A DNA stretch of 64,000 bases, taken from Eledone cirrhosa. Its lineage: Eukaryota. This document shows positions 28,184 through 43,112 of the stretch, one piece after another. The DNA lies in assembly GCA_964016885.1 (NCBI GenBank), contig OZ024748.1:20708001-20772000 (forward strand), read 5' to 3'. Position numbers and translations under genes: made by a program. Below the pieces are notes generated by a model that was given only the letters and a program-made list of their open reading frames with translations, ran no database searches and had not been told where the DNA came from. Every line of letters starts with the position of its first letter. The stretch's first letter is position 1.

Positions 28184-29169
28184 GTAAATATGCACCCATC
28201 CTACACACACCTTTCACTTCGTCTAACATATCCACTGTCATTTCTCTACATTTTCCGTCCACTTCTCTTTACCTTTTCTACGTTATACTTCAAAGAGCAT
28301 ATTGTCTGCCACAGAGATAGTTTTCGTGAAGAGGTCACAACACAAACAATAGAACACATTGCATTCAATATTCGTCAATCTATTAAAAGAAAAGAAAAAA
28401 CAACCTCAGCAACCTAGTCTATGATACTGAAACAAATAACTGTTGAATGTGAACCATAGCTTAAATTCTCGTCTTGACAGTGAATTATATTCTCTCTTTT
28501 ATTTTTTAAATTACTTAAACATTATATTCTGTAAGATATCAATGAGATTTCAGTCGGGCATTTGTCGCCAGAAAATCAAAATAGGTTAGAAAGAAAAATA
28601 ACTTTAAATCGATAGAATTATTTTGGTTTCTTATTTAAAACTAGCCGACGTAACAAACACTTAAACATCTATTCGATTCTTTGGGGGCAATAGTAGACAG
28701 TTCTCTATCCACAGAAGAAGGTCTGTACATTGAAACAGACAGTAAGAGATAGTGATATAGTTGGCGTCTAGAGTTAGATATCTATAAGAATCGATAAAAC
28801 CGTTCCATTTCTTTTTTTTTTTACCTTCTTGATAAGTTGATAAATTGAATTACAAAAAGAATAACTATTTCTATGATTTACAAGAGAGTATAAAAACTGC
28901 TATTATTGTTTAGCCACAAGTCAACCCTGAGCATACAGACAGTTCCAATTGATTCTGTTATTTTTCTTTTTATACATAATATATCCGGACGTTCATTTTC
29001 TTTTCAAACGTGTACATCATATTAAAGACTATAAACTGTAATATGACAAAGATTTCTCTATTATGTCTAGCAGGTCAAACGATGGCTTAGAGTCACCTTT
29101 GTGTGAGATGTTACGACGAGGAAATCCGAATAGTTCACTGGATAAATCGTTAATCTATGTCATACATAT

Positions 29170-29495
29170 GTGGGCGTTGCATGTTTGAATGGTTAAGAAG
29201 TGTGTTTTGCAATCATTCAATGACGGGTTCGATCCCTCAGCATGTAACCTTGTGTAAATGTCATTTACCATAATGTCAAGTTGACCCATGTTTTGTAAGG
29301 GAAATTGCGGTAGGTGGAAACTGCTTGGAAGCCGGTTGGGTCGAATGGACTGCAACTGTATTTGAAAGGATCAGCTTTGTCACACACACTGCGTCACGCT
29401 GAATCTCCCTGAAAATTCCATGACCAAGCTGTTGCGCTGATTCAAAGGCTGGGACACTCATCGTCGAAACCGACGGAAGTTCATTCCAATTCCAA
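29170..29495 (+). mobile_element. CORE-type SINE (family B), diverged
   Basis: tRNA-like head with GGGTTCGATCCC, then CACGCTGAATCTCCCTGA block and tail. Confidence 0.65.
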
Positions 29496-29554
29496 CCATA
29501 TATATATATATATATAGTTTCCAGGAGATCTGTTGTGTATATATATGTATATAT

Positions 29555-29629
<75 letters not shown>

Positions 29630-29633
<4 letters not shown>

Positions 29634-29813
29634 CAGTATCGGTAAAGGGTCTGACGCCATGCTTTGCAGCAAAGAGTTACGGCCCTTTATTGTCTGAGTT
29701 CAAATCCCGCCGAGGCTAACTTTGCCTTTCATCCTTACGGGGTCGATAAAATAAAGTACCAGTAATACACTGAGATAATTGCTGGCCTTGTGCCAAAAGT
29801 AGAAACAATTATT
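29630..29813 (+). mobile_element. SINE family A, short-tail variant
   Basis: Same structure as other copies. Confidence 0.88.
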
Positions 29814-30297
29814 AGGCTCTGAATCTGTTAATTTTATTAACTATCTCATTGAACCAAACTCAGTATAAGTTGGACACCCTGCATGTATGTATGTATCTAT
29901 ACGTGTATAAAGATATATACCTCCTCATTTAATATATATGGAGGTAGAGTATGTATTTATCGTATAAGATATTGAAGCAGGGAGACATATATGTTTGGCT
30001 CATGTAGAAGACGAAACGTTTGCAATGGAGTTGAACTGAAAAACGGTCATCTTGTAATGTAACACTATATCAACGTTAATTTGATACCGGAATAATAGAA
30101 AATACACACACACACACATTCACGTACACGCACGCTGTCTCACACACACACACACACACACACAAACGCACACACATATGTATGTGTGCCCGTGTGAGTA
30201 AATACATATATGTACACACACAGACACACACACACACACACACGCACACACACACACACACACAGGTATGTGTGTGCCTGCCGTGCCTGTGTGTCCT

Positions 30298-30345
<48 letters not shown>

Positions 30346-30421
30346 TATGTGTGTGTGTACACACACACACATATATATATGTGGATGTGTGTGTGAGTGT
30401 GTGTATGTGTATATAAATATA

Positions 30422-30458
<37 letters not shown>

Positions 30459-30837
30459 GAATACACGCATATCAGCTGTCATACACACGTACAGACACTT
30501 TCTCATATACTCTCACCAGATAATGTTTAATCACACACACACATACTAAACACACATAGACACGTACACACAGATATACATAGGCATAGACGCGTACATG
30601 CATATATACATATAGCCATGCAATGCACATACACATAGACATAGACACGCGGGAAGACACAAACACATTCACGAAGCCAGAGTGTCTAATTGGTTTAGCT
30701 AGAGGATTATGGGATATCTAGTTAGAATGTTTAAGTATTGAATCTCATCCTTATATATATGTGTATGTATATATATGTATATATATATATGTGTGTGTAT
30801 GTATGTATGTATGTATATACATATATATACATATATG

Positions 30838-30920
<83 letters not shown>

Positions 30921-30939
30921 ATACGTATATATATACACA

Positions 30940-31021
<82 letters not shown>

Positions 31022-31054
31022 TACATATATATATATATATATATGTATGTATGC

Positions 31055-31095
<41 letters not shown>

Positions 31096-31442
31096 TATAT
31101 ATATATATGTCCCTGATCATCAATTGCCTTCACTTGAACGCAAACTAATCTCCACCAAACTTACGTTATTCATGGATGGACTGAAACAAACACAATTTCA
31201 CAAAGCAGCTGTCCACCTCCCTACCAGACACATTATATCGTACAAGACAAAGTAAAACCAATTAAATAGTTCAGAACCATATCGAAACATTCATCTCCAG
31301 CCCTCCATCAAAAACAACATCCAACCTATATCAATTACTGGTATGAAATGCGAGTGGGTGGGTGAGGGCATCAGTAGGTTGCCACCATCCTATTACGTCT
31401 TTCGTATATTATTCGTTTTCGTATATCATTCTTGTTTCTCTT

Positions 31443-31953
31443 TCAGGTTACTTCTGAGTGCTACTGGTAACATGTAACTCAGTATAACCTGTCGCATGGT
31501 CGGGTCGTCGACGACTAAACCGCCAACCCCACCAAGTTCACTTGTTGAGGAGGGTGATTTTGGACACCCTACAGAACAAAAAACAAAACCAGACAAATGG
31601 CGGAAGAATTAATAAGAGTCAACGGCCATCTAAAAAAATATTTGTTTTTAAATAAATAAAAAAAACTGCCAAATCAATTGGTGGCAGTAGTTCCAACTGC
31701 ATGCATCGAAAGACTGATGTAGTGGTTCTGAGAACAATGCGGCTTTGCAGATGATCAATGCACATTGACAATGGAAAGGTGCTGCCGCTCGAGTTAGAAG
31801 GGAACAATTGACCTTCAGGAGAAGCAGCGACTCCTGATTGTATTCAGCAACCGAAACAAATATGAAGTACACCAAATCCAATGCTCCTAGGGGCGGCCCT
31901 GGTCCTTCTTATTTCGGAGTGTAATTAGAGGAGCAGATTAGATTAGATTAGAT
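31443..31953 (+). mobile_element. Non-autonomous LINE derivative with (GATTA)n tail
   Basis: Shares its 5' leader with 27411-27598 but has a different body and tail. Confidence 0.55.
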
Positions 31954-31965
31954 TCTCTTTCTCTG

Positions 31966-32080
<115 letters not shown>

Positions 32081-32123
32081 TTCTATCTCTCTCTCTCTCT
32101 ATCTGCCTATGCACACAAACTCA

Positions 32124-32241
<118 letters not shown>

Positions 32242-32339
32242 TACATATATATGCAAAAAGTAAACGGAAACAACAAAGAAAACAACACAATACAATGAAG
32301 AAATATATTAGTTTAACTATTGATATAGTAGGAACAGTT

Positions 32340-32377
32340 TTTTTACGTTTCGGACACTAATCCTTCATCAGAAGTTA
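32340..32377 (-). ncRNA. Minimal hammerhead-like motif
   Basis: Minus strand CTGATGA-A-GGA-TTAGTG-TCC-GAAACGTA; core and stem II intact, stem I only about 2 bp. Confidence 0.55.
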
Positions 32378-32573
32378 GAATAAGAAATAAAAGATAAGAT
32401 AGAAAGACAGAGAGTTAGAAGCGTAAGGAAGAGAAACAAATATTCTTTTAGAAAAAGCACGTGTATGTATTCAGTCATCCATAAAAGCAATAGGGTCTGA
32501 TTCGAGGTGTATTTGACTCAGCATATAGGGCTCCCTACTTAGCACAACGTTTTCATTAGTTGATGTAAAATGA

Positions 32574-32785
32574 TTTCTGATTAGGCACAAGGCCAACGAT
32601 TTTGATGGAGGGGAAAGTTGATTAAATCGATTCCAGTGTATTACTGGTACTTTATTTTATGAATCCCGTAAGGATGAAAGGCAAATCTAACCTCGGCAGG
32701 ATTTAAACTCAGAGCGTAAAGGTTCGTAACTCTATGCCACAAAGCATGGTGTCCGACGTTCTACTGATATTGCCAATCTACCGCC
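32574..32785 (-). mobile_element. SINE family A, long-tail variant
   Basis: Full-length reverse complement. Confidence 0.85.
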
Positions 32786-32810
32786 TTACTTATTGGTGTA
32801 AAACTATAAA

Positions 32811-33165
32811 GTATGGTATGGTATGGTATAGACCCGTAACTCCCAATGAGTCGTAGGGGCGCCATATTGACATACGGCGTTTCTAGGGCATTTTTTTTTT
32901 TAAACTGGTCGATCCCATTTCCTCTCCAGGCCTGAATATAGTATAGTTCGTTCAGAGAAGGATAGAGAGAGTGAGAAAAAGGAAGTGAGAAAAAGATATA
33001 GAGGAATAATCGACCCCAGGACGTGACTGGTAATATTTTTTAGCGATCTTGAATGGATGAAAGGCAAAGTTGACCTTTGCGAAATTTGAACTCAGAGATC
33101 AGCGAACCGGAAATACTACAAAGCAGTTTTATCCGACGTTTTAACGACTCAGCCAATTCGCCGCC
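32811..33165 (-). mobile_element. SINE family A, alternative-tail variant
   Basis: Tail homologous to 9270-9460; ends in (ATACC)n on the minus strand. Confidence 0.7.
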
Positions 33166-33824
33166 TAAAACGATAATACACACTCCAGCTTATTTGTCAT
33201 GCAACATTGAGTGATATTAATACTGAACAATAGAACAAAACATTCTATTGTGGAATATTGACTCTATTGTTAGTCTTTCTGCTGGCCACGTTTATGGCGG
33301 TTACTTTGACATGGAATATTTTATAAGTTGTAGCTTGAACCATTTTCTACCGATGTGCTGTTGTAAAGGAGCTGCCATGTCTCTCTATACTATATAATGT
33401 GTTAAGGAGTTTATTGCAAACAATAAACAATCTCCTAACACATTTATGTTCATTTTGGAGATAATATAACATGTTAGTTGTCAAGGAAACCTCCAGTGTC
33501 TTCCTTCGGCCCCTGATACCTGTTTTTCCATCACCAAATCGGGAGGAGGGCCTCACACCTGAGAAAGTAGTTCCGTGCAGTTGAGTGGCTGATACAGCGG
33601 AGACTGCTGGGTTTTCTCCATGGCGATGCTATCGCTAAGTTGTTGGCGAGGGCGCAGATAAGATATAACATGTTGCCATGAGTGTAGAGGTGTAGAGGTT
33701 TATCCTCACCCCAACTCGTCACTTCTTTAAAACAATCTCTCCTTTTTTTCTCCTTTTCTGAACTGAATGTATTAAAGTAAATTACTATCTGTTACATAAC
33801 AACATATGATGGCTCTCATTATTT

Positions 33825-34632
33825 TGGTGTTTTGGCAGTATCGGTAGAGGGTCGAACACCATGCTTTACAGCATAGAGTTACGGGCCTTTGCGATCTGAG
33901 TTCAAATCCCGCCGAGGTTAACTTTGCCCTTTCTCCTTACGGAGTCGATAAAATAATGTACCACCGATGCACTGGGATAATTGCTGGCCTTGTACCAAAA
34001 GTAGAAACAATTATTATATATACTGAATTATGTATTTACGTTCTGGGTTCAAATCTCGTCAAGGTTAGTTTTGCCTTTCATCCTTATGGGATCGATAGAA
34101 TAAAGCACCTGTAATACACTGGGTTCGATTTAATCGACTTTCGCTCAGATCGATCGACAAGAACCCAGACCTCATTCGCTTGCCGAGTGGGGTGGACCTC
34201 GTCAAATCGGACCAAGGAAATAATGTTTCCATTGGTCTTTCCATTGCTGTTACTATCTACCGGTCGCAACTCCTGGCAGAATTAGCAACGTGAAATAAAG
34301 GAAATAAATTGTCTTGCTCAAGGAGACAACGCATCACCAGGTCAGAGAATTGAACTCGTAACCACACGATTGCGAATCCAACTTTCTAACCACTAGGCCA
34401 TGTTCCTTCACATTTCCAAACATTTGCCGTCATTGTGCCGGAATCAGAAATTATTTTTATATATACTAAGTTATATATTTACGTTCTGAGTTTAAATCTT
34501 GCCAAAGTTAGCTTTGTGTTACTGGTACTTTATTCTAACAAAGTCCCAGTAATGCACTGAGGTTAATTTAATTGACTTTCATCTTTTCCCTTCAAATTGC
34601 TGACCTTGTGCCAAAAGTAGAAACAATTATTA
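33825..34632 (+). mobile_element. Cluster of three family A SINE copies (33825-34013, 34036-34141, 34478-34632) plus a minus-strand CORE-SINE head (34283-34405)
   Basis: Diagnostic blocks as in the other copies. Confidence 0.75.
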
Positions 34633-34679
34633 TATATACTGAGTTATATAATTGACCACTATAATGAATCCTCTGACAG

Positions 34680-35335
34680 AACTATAAGTCACATGACTAT
34701 ATATGACCGTGTCACATGATTATATACGACTGTGTCATATAACTCAATATTATGACAGAGTCACATGACCCAATACTATGACTGAGTCACGTAACTATTT
34801 ATGACCGTGTCACACGATTTAATACTACGACAGAGTCACATGACTATATATGACTGTGATATACGACTCATTACCGAGTCACACACCTCAGTACTATAAC
34901 CGAGTCGCATACCTATGTATGACTGAGTCACATGTCACAATACTATAACCGAGTCACACACCTCAATACTATGACCGTGTCACACACCTCAGTACTATGA
35001 CCGAGTCGCATACCTATGTATGACTGAGTCACATGTCACAATACTATAACCGAGTCACACACCTCAATACTATGACCGTGTCACACACCTCAGTACTATA
35101 ACCGAGTCGCATACCTATGTATGACTGAGTCACATGTCACAATACTATAACCGAGTCACACACCTCAATACTGTGACCGAGTCACACACCTCAATACTAT
35201 GACCGAGTCACACACCTCAGTACTATGACCGAGTCACACACCTCAGTACTATGACCGAGTCGCACACCTATATATGATCGTGTCACATGTCTATATATGT
35301 CAGTGTCACCTGACTCAATACTATGATTGATTCAC
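34680..35335. repeat. Minisatellite of about 20-26 bp (TACTATGACCGAGTCACACACCTCAA) with a higher-order period near 97 bp
   Basis: Direct reading. Confidence 0.9.
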
Positions 35336-36646
35336 ATAAATAAATCTGGTGATCCACTTAACTACTTCTCTCATTAACCAGGTTGGGATCAACCCCAACT
35401 CTCTGTACCCCGAAGTAACCACCACATTGAGACCAATCCTTCCTGTCTACAACGTCAGCCCCTTTTGAACTCCCTCCTTGTTCGTGACTTCTCAAAAGGG
35501 GTGAACCTGCAACAATTTATGCAGCCCAACAACATCATTGATATCTGTTATCTTTGAGGGGGCTGTGAAGGCCATGGGTTCTACCCATTCCCCAAGAGCT
35601 GGCAAAAAACCTAACTATGTGAGTGGCGGGGCTCTGTAAAGATCCTGACCATTGCCCCTTTTCTCATGAATAAACCATATAACAAACACATTTACTGCTT
35701 GGAGGATTGGACCGTTGAGAGTAAAACATATTTTCGAGATACACAGTGAATGGCCGGCAAGAAGATAACAATAATTAAACTTATCGAACTCTACTATAGA
35801 CTAAATGTTGCCTATGCAGACCACAACGATTAGTTTCCTCAGATGCTGGACTTTAACCCCCTTTCCGCCCCATGACTATCCGCTATCTCACTAACTGTTC
35901 GACTGCTAGGCCAACGCATCCTACCAACAACACGCCACGTTAGATGATCAATGCAATGCAATGCTTGGAAGATGATTATGACGGCAGCAGCCTTTGTACA
36001 AAGGAGAAATATACAAATAAAACGAGTAAAACTAGTAAAACATATAAACAATATACAATAAAAAAACAACAACACAAAACCTGCCGCAGACATAATGTGG
36101 GATGTTTCCTCCTCCAATATCTAGTTATGTTATTGGCAGATGCTGTAACAACAACAACAACAACAAAAACAACCAAAAGGAAAAGACAAGAGAATGAAAG
36201 AGCTAAAGCAAAAAAAAAAAATAATAATAATAAAAAATAAAAAAAATAAAAAAATAGGAAAAACGATGAAACGAAAAAGGAGAAGGAGGAAAGCCAAAGA
36301 GGGAGAAAAATGAAGAAAAAAAACAACAAAAAAACAACAAAAAAGAAAACGAAAAATATGAAAAGAGAAAGAAGAACGAAGGAAAGGAAATATGGGAAGA
36401 AGTAGAAGAAAAGGAAAAGTACAAAGATAGGGGGGGGTGGAGATGAGGAGAATAAATGGCCACATTATTCAAACCTATCTATTATATTATAAGATATTTT
36501 TGTTTTTATAAACGCTTTTCTTGATTTTATAAATTAATAATCAATAGAGAAGAATTTGCAGCAGTTAATATCAGTGGAGCATGACTCTCATTTATAATAA
36601 ATAGATGTTCAATAAATAATACATAAATATTTATTGGATATTTCAC

Positions 36647-36801
36647 TTGTTGCTGTTGTTGCTAGTGCTGTTGTTGTTACTGTTGGTATTGTTGTTACTG
36701 TTGTTATTACTGTTGTTGTTATTACTGTTGTTGTTGTTACTATTGTTGTTGTTGTTGTTACAGTTGTTGTTACTGTTGCTGTTATTACTGTTGTTGTTAC
36801 T

Positions 36802-36834
<33 letters not shown>

Positions 36835-36960
36835 ACAGTTGTTGTTATTACTGTTGTTGTTATTACTGTTGTTACTATTGTTGTTGTTGTTGTTACAGTT
36901 GTTGTTGCTGTTGTTGTTACAGTTGTTGTTACTGTTGCTGTTATTACTGTTGTTGTTACT

Positions 36961-36999
<39 letters not shown>

Positions 37000-38515
37000 A
37001 CAGTTGTTGTTACTGTTGTTGTTATTACTGTTGCTGTTATTATTGTTGTTGTTACTATTGTTGTTGTTGTTATTACTGTTGTTGCTGTTGCTGTTGTTGT
37101 TAGTGGTGTTATTGTTACTGTTGGTATTGTTGCTGTTGTTGTTACTGTTGTTGTAGTTGTTACTGTTGCTGTTTTTACTGTTGTTGTCACTATTGCTGTT
37201 GTTGTTGCTGTTGTTGTTGTTGATGTAACTGTTGTTGTCATTGGTGTTGTTGCTACTATTATTGCTGTTACTGTTGTTGCTACTGTTGTTGTTGTTATTA
37301 CCGTTGTTATTGTTGTTACTGTTGTTGTTGTTATTACTGTTGTTGTTGTTGTGGTTGATGGAAGTTGTGGTGGCTCTGGTTATACAAACGTCCATTGATG
37401 TAATTGTTATTGTTGTTATTACTACTGTTATTACTGTTCTTATCACTTTTGTTGTTGTTATTATTACCATTGTAGTTTGTGGATATGCCAGAGCATGTTG
37501 TTGTTGTTGTTGCTGATGTTATTGTTGTTATTATTATTACTATTATTAAGGCGGTGGATTGGCAGTATCGGTAGAGGGTCGGACGCCATGCTTTGACAGC
37601 ATGGAGTTACGGCCCTTGCCATTCTGAGTTCAAATCCCGCCGGGGTTAACTTTGCCTTTCATCCTTACAGGGTCGATAAAATAAAGTACCAGTAATGCAC
37701 TGGGGTAATTGCTGGCCTTGTGCCTAAAGTAGAAACAATTATTATTACTATTATTGGTGGTGGTTATGCCAGAGCATGTTGTTGTTGTTGCTGTTGCAGT
37801 TGTTATTACTATTGTAGTTGCTGATGTTATTGTTGTTGTTGTTGTTGTTATTGCTGTTGTTGTTGTTGTTGTTGTTGTTGTTGCTATTGTTCTTGCTATT
37901 GTTGTTGCTGTTGTTATTGCCGTTGTTATTGTTGCTGTTGTTGTTGTTGTTGTTATTGTTGTTGCTGTTGTTGTTGCTGATGTTGCTGTTGTTGTTGTTA
38001 TTGTAGCTGTTGTTGTTATTGCTGTTGTTATTGCTGTTGTTGTTGTTATTGCTGTTGTTGTTGTTGTTATTGCTATTGTTCTTGCTATTGTTGTTGCTGT
38101 TGTTATTGCCATTGTTATTGTTGCTGTTGTTGTTGTTGTTGTTATTGTTGTTGTTGCTGTTGTTGTTGCTGTTGTTGCTGTTGTTGTTGTTATTGTAGCT
38201 GTTGTTGTTATTGCTGTTGTTATTGTTATTGCTGTTGTTGTTGTTGTTGCTATTGTTCTTGTTATTGCTGTTGTTGTTGTTGTTGCTATTGTTGTTGCTG
38301 TTGTTATTGCCGTTGTTATTGTTGCTGTTGTTGTTGTTGTTGTTATTGTTGTTGTTGCTGTTGTTGTTGCTGATGTTGCTGTTGTTGTTGTTATTGTAGC
38401 TGTTGTTGTTATTGCTGTTGTTATTGCTGTTGTTGTTGTTATTGCTGTTGTTGTTGTTGTTATTGTAGCTGCTGTTGTTATTGCTGTTGTTATTGCTGTT
38501 GTTGTTGTTGTTATT
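36647..38515. repeat. Degenerate (GTT)n tract
   Basis: Direct reading; source of the poly-T/V/N/L ORFs. Confidence 0.95.
37549..37745 (+). mobile_element. SINE family A, short-tail variant, full length, in an (ATT)n tract
   Basis: Same structure as other copies. Confidence 0.9.
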
Positions 38516-38627
38516 AATATTACTTTGTCCGACATCAATGTGAACCTCCACAGTTGTTTGTCACCTGTCCTTGTCTTCTTATCCGTCACATTTATCGCAA
38601 TAAAAAAACCATCATTATTATTATTTT

Positions 38628-38722
<95 letters not shown>

Positions 38723-38900
38723 TTGCGATCATCATCATCGGCATCATCATCATTGTCATCATATGCTTTACATTTTATTGTGTCACATAAAGCTCTGTAT
38801 GCCTTGGTATATGCAGGGTTTTGCTTTTTTTGCTGTTGTTTCTGTTGTATTGAAATACTCTATGTAATATATATACAGTACCTAGTAGTGTTATCGTTTG

Positions 38901-38948
<48 letters not shown>

Positions 38949-39018
38949 TGTATGTATGTATGTATGTATGTATGTATGTATGTATGTATGTATGTATGTA
39001 TGTGTGTGTGTATGTATG

Positions 39019-39277
39019 TGCAGTGCCTTTGCTCACTATAAAAGCTTCACGGCACAGGCATTGCTTTGTATCTGGAGATCTCTCTGCACTTGTCGTCACA
39101 TGGCACCATGGGCCCAGCACTATGTGTCAATAATTGTCACAAGTGTAGTGTTTGTACCAGAGTTTTCAAGTCGCTGGCTGGACTAAAAAGTCACACCCGT
39201 TCAGCGCATCGGTAGGGGTTCTCCTACATGGATATAAAGTAGTGGCCGTACTCGAAAACGAGTTGGCAGCCACCATG
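39019..39277 (+). mobile_element. Truncated copy of the 14914-15316 element within (TATG)n
   Basis: High-identity reverse complement of 14914-15172. Confidence 0.7.
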
Positions 39278-39477
39278 TATGTATGTATGTTTGTTTGTAT
39301 GTATGTATGTATGTATGTATGTATGTATGTATGTATGTATGTATGTATGTATGTATGTATGTATGTATGTATGTATGTATGTATGTATAGAGAGTGAGTG
39401 AGAGAGTTAATAAATGAAACAAAACGAAACACAGGAAGCAAAATTACACAGTTATATCAGATTCACGCTTGGAGGAA

Positions 39478-39545
<68 letters not shown>

Positions 39546-40448
39546 ATACAATAACAGAGATAGTTTAAAGCTAAATATATAAAGCTATATATATATATAT
39601 ATTGCATATTAAATTTAAGTGGAAAAAAATTTATTCATGGGAGTATAAACTAGACAGACAAAATTAAGTTAGTCTCACTTATATAAATTTCTCCCTACCG
39701 TGGTTTCGTTTGCAGAAGAAACAATTTATTGGAAGTACCAATATTGGAAGAATCCGCAATACTCTTCAAGGAAGTTTATTCTTTAAAATTAAGAGGCTAT
39801 ATTGATCATAAAATTATACATACTGTTTCAATTTCCGAGGCAGCATACTGTCTAAAACACGGCGATTTGTTGAACAATTACATTATCAAATCTCTCTTAA
39901 TATATTAGGACTATGTGACAGGATTATATTGATGCTAGAAATAGTAACCAAAAAGCGTCTGATACAACTCGACAAATTAAGAAGTATTTAATATTAATTA
40001 AAGGTTAATTAATCCTAATAAATGAATAAAAAAATATAGATAAGATATCACTCAGAGAAGCATTATTACATATTAAATTTAAGTGAGTAGCAACACCAAC
40101 TCCAACTCCAACATCAACACCAACATCAACATCAACACCAACATCATCATCAACGACACCGGCAACGTCACTAACATAATAGTGGCGACTTTTCTCTCAT
40201 TTTCCAAGGCAGCATGCACATAGACGTAACATTCACTTGAGCGAAAGAATGTGGTCATAGTATATTATAAAGGTGACATTGTGCAAGGTACGTGGCACCA
40301 TGGTGTTGTCACTAAAAGAAGTGAGTAGCACTATCAGATGAAGGATTTCAGACAGAAATATAAACCCTTATTAAAAAGCAGAAACTACGAGAGTGGAATA
40401 TTTCGCGCCAGCTGAAACTGAAGAAAACGTCTGAAAGTGTTATGATCG

Positions 40449-40641
40449 CAGACTTGTCAACTTTCCCCATCCTGCTGGGAGATCTCCCACCCACTTGGTG
40501 GGTAAGACAGGTCTTCTCTTGTGAAAAATGGTATAGCTTCCATTATGTAAAATCTCCCCATTTTGCCTCATTTCTCCCAATTTTAGGACACCTTTTTTCA
40601 TGATACTCCCCGTTTTGGGTTTTTAGAGACTGACAGGTCTG
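40449..40641. mobile_element. Possible MITE
   Basis: Imperfect TIRs CAGACTTGTCA / TGACAGGTCTG and recurring TCTCCC subterminal motifs; no clear TSD. Confidence 0.45.
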
Positions 40642-41324
40642 AGAGAGAGACAACACGATACCGTGGTTGCAATATGTTACAGTAAGCAAGATGGATGAAG
40701 AGCCTAAGTCATAACTTGCATCAGATACGATATTGTAATGATACTTCTCTACATGGGCTGCAACGTCGCAAAAAGGACAGCGATACAGCTATTAAGGTGC
40801 CAGCCCACAGATTCTAAGCCACAGTGATGGAAGTCAAATTCATGGCCTTGTGTATGAAACTATAAGATTATAGAATGTTGAATTGTGACGTATACAGTCA
40901 GTTGCAATGGAATACAAATATGATAAGGATCTAGTAAGTGGTGATGGGGATTGGGGTGTGTAGTGGTAGTGAAGTAGGGGAGAAAAAGAATTGTGAACCA
41001 GTAAGCCACGCGTCTTACCACACACACAGAGACACACACACAGACATATACATACACACACGTAGACACACACACACACGCAGACACACACACACACACA
41101 CATACACATTCACACGTAGACACATACATACACGTGTGTTGAAACATACAGACACTACATCTCACTAAAAAGTCCGTTTTACTCCCTTTCAATCTGCATG
41201 TATGTTTATCGATCTAACGATTCTGCCAATCGAATAATCAATAACAAAATATACCTGATCGATCCTCTTTTTCTTTTGAAGATCAAATTTATCAGATCAT
41301 TTCTTATCCTTTGATTTTCCATGC

Positions 41325-42870
<1,546 letters not shown>

Positions 42871-43072
42871 CAACAGTATCAATAAAGTCAGAAATAAAAA
42901 AAAAAAAACACCAAAAAAACAAAATGGCTTCCGAGATCAGCGGTGTACGTGAAATCAGGACAGAGCGATATTTTGATATCCTGTTGTGGTTAATTATGTT
43001 TGATATTCCTGTAGGTGGCTAATACCGATGGCACGAGCTCGCCGTTAATTCTTCTTCTTCTTCTTCTTCTTC

Positions 43073-43112
<40 letters not shown>

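Noticed and set aside
36609-39133. Mucin-like poly-Thr and poly-Val ORFs
   Set aside because: Degenerate (GTT)n interrupted by a SINE; no splice or domain evidence.
42923-43021. Short ATG-initiated ORF (MASEISGV...) in unique sequence
   Set aside because: Only 32 codons, with no recognisable homology or splice support.
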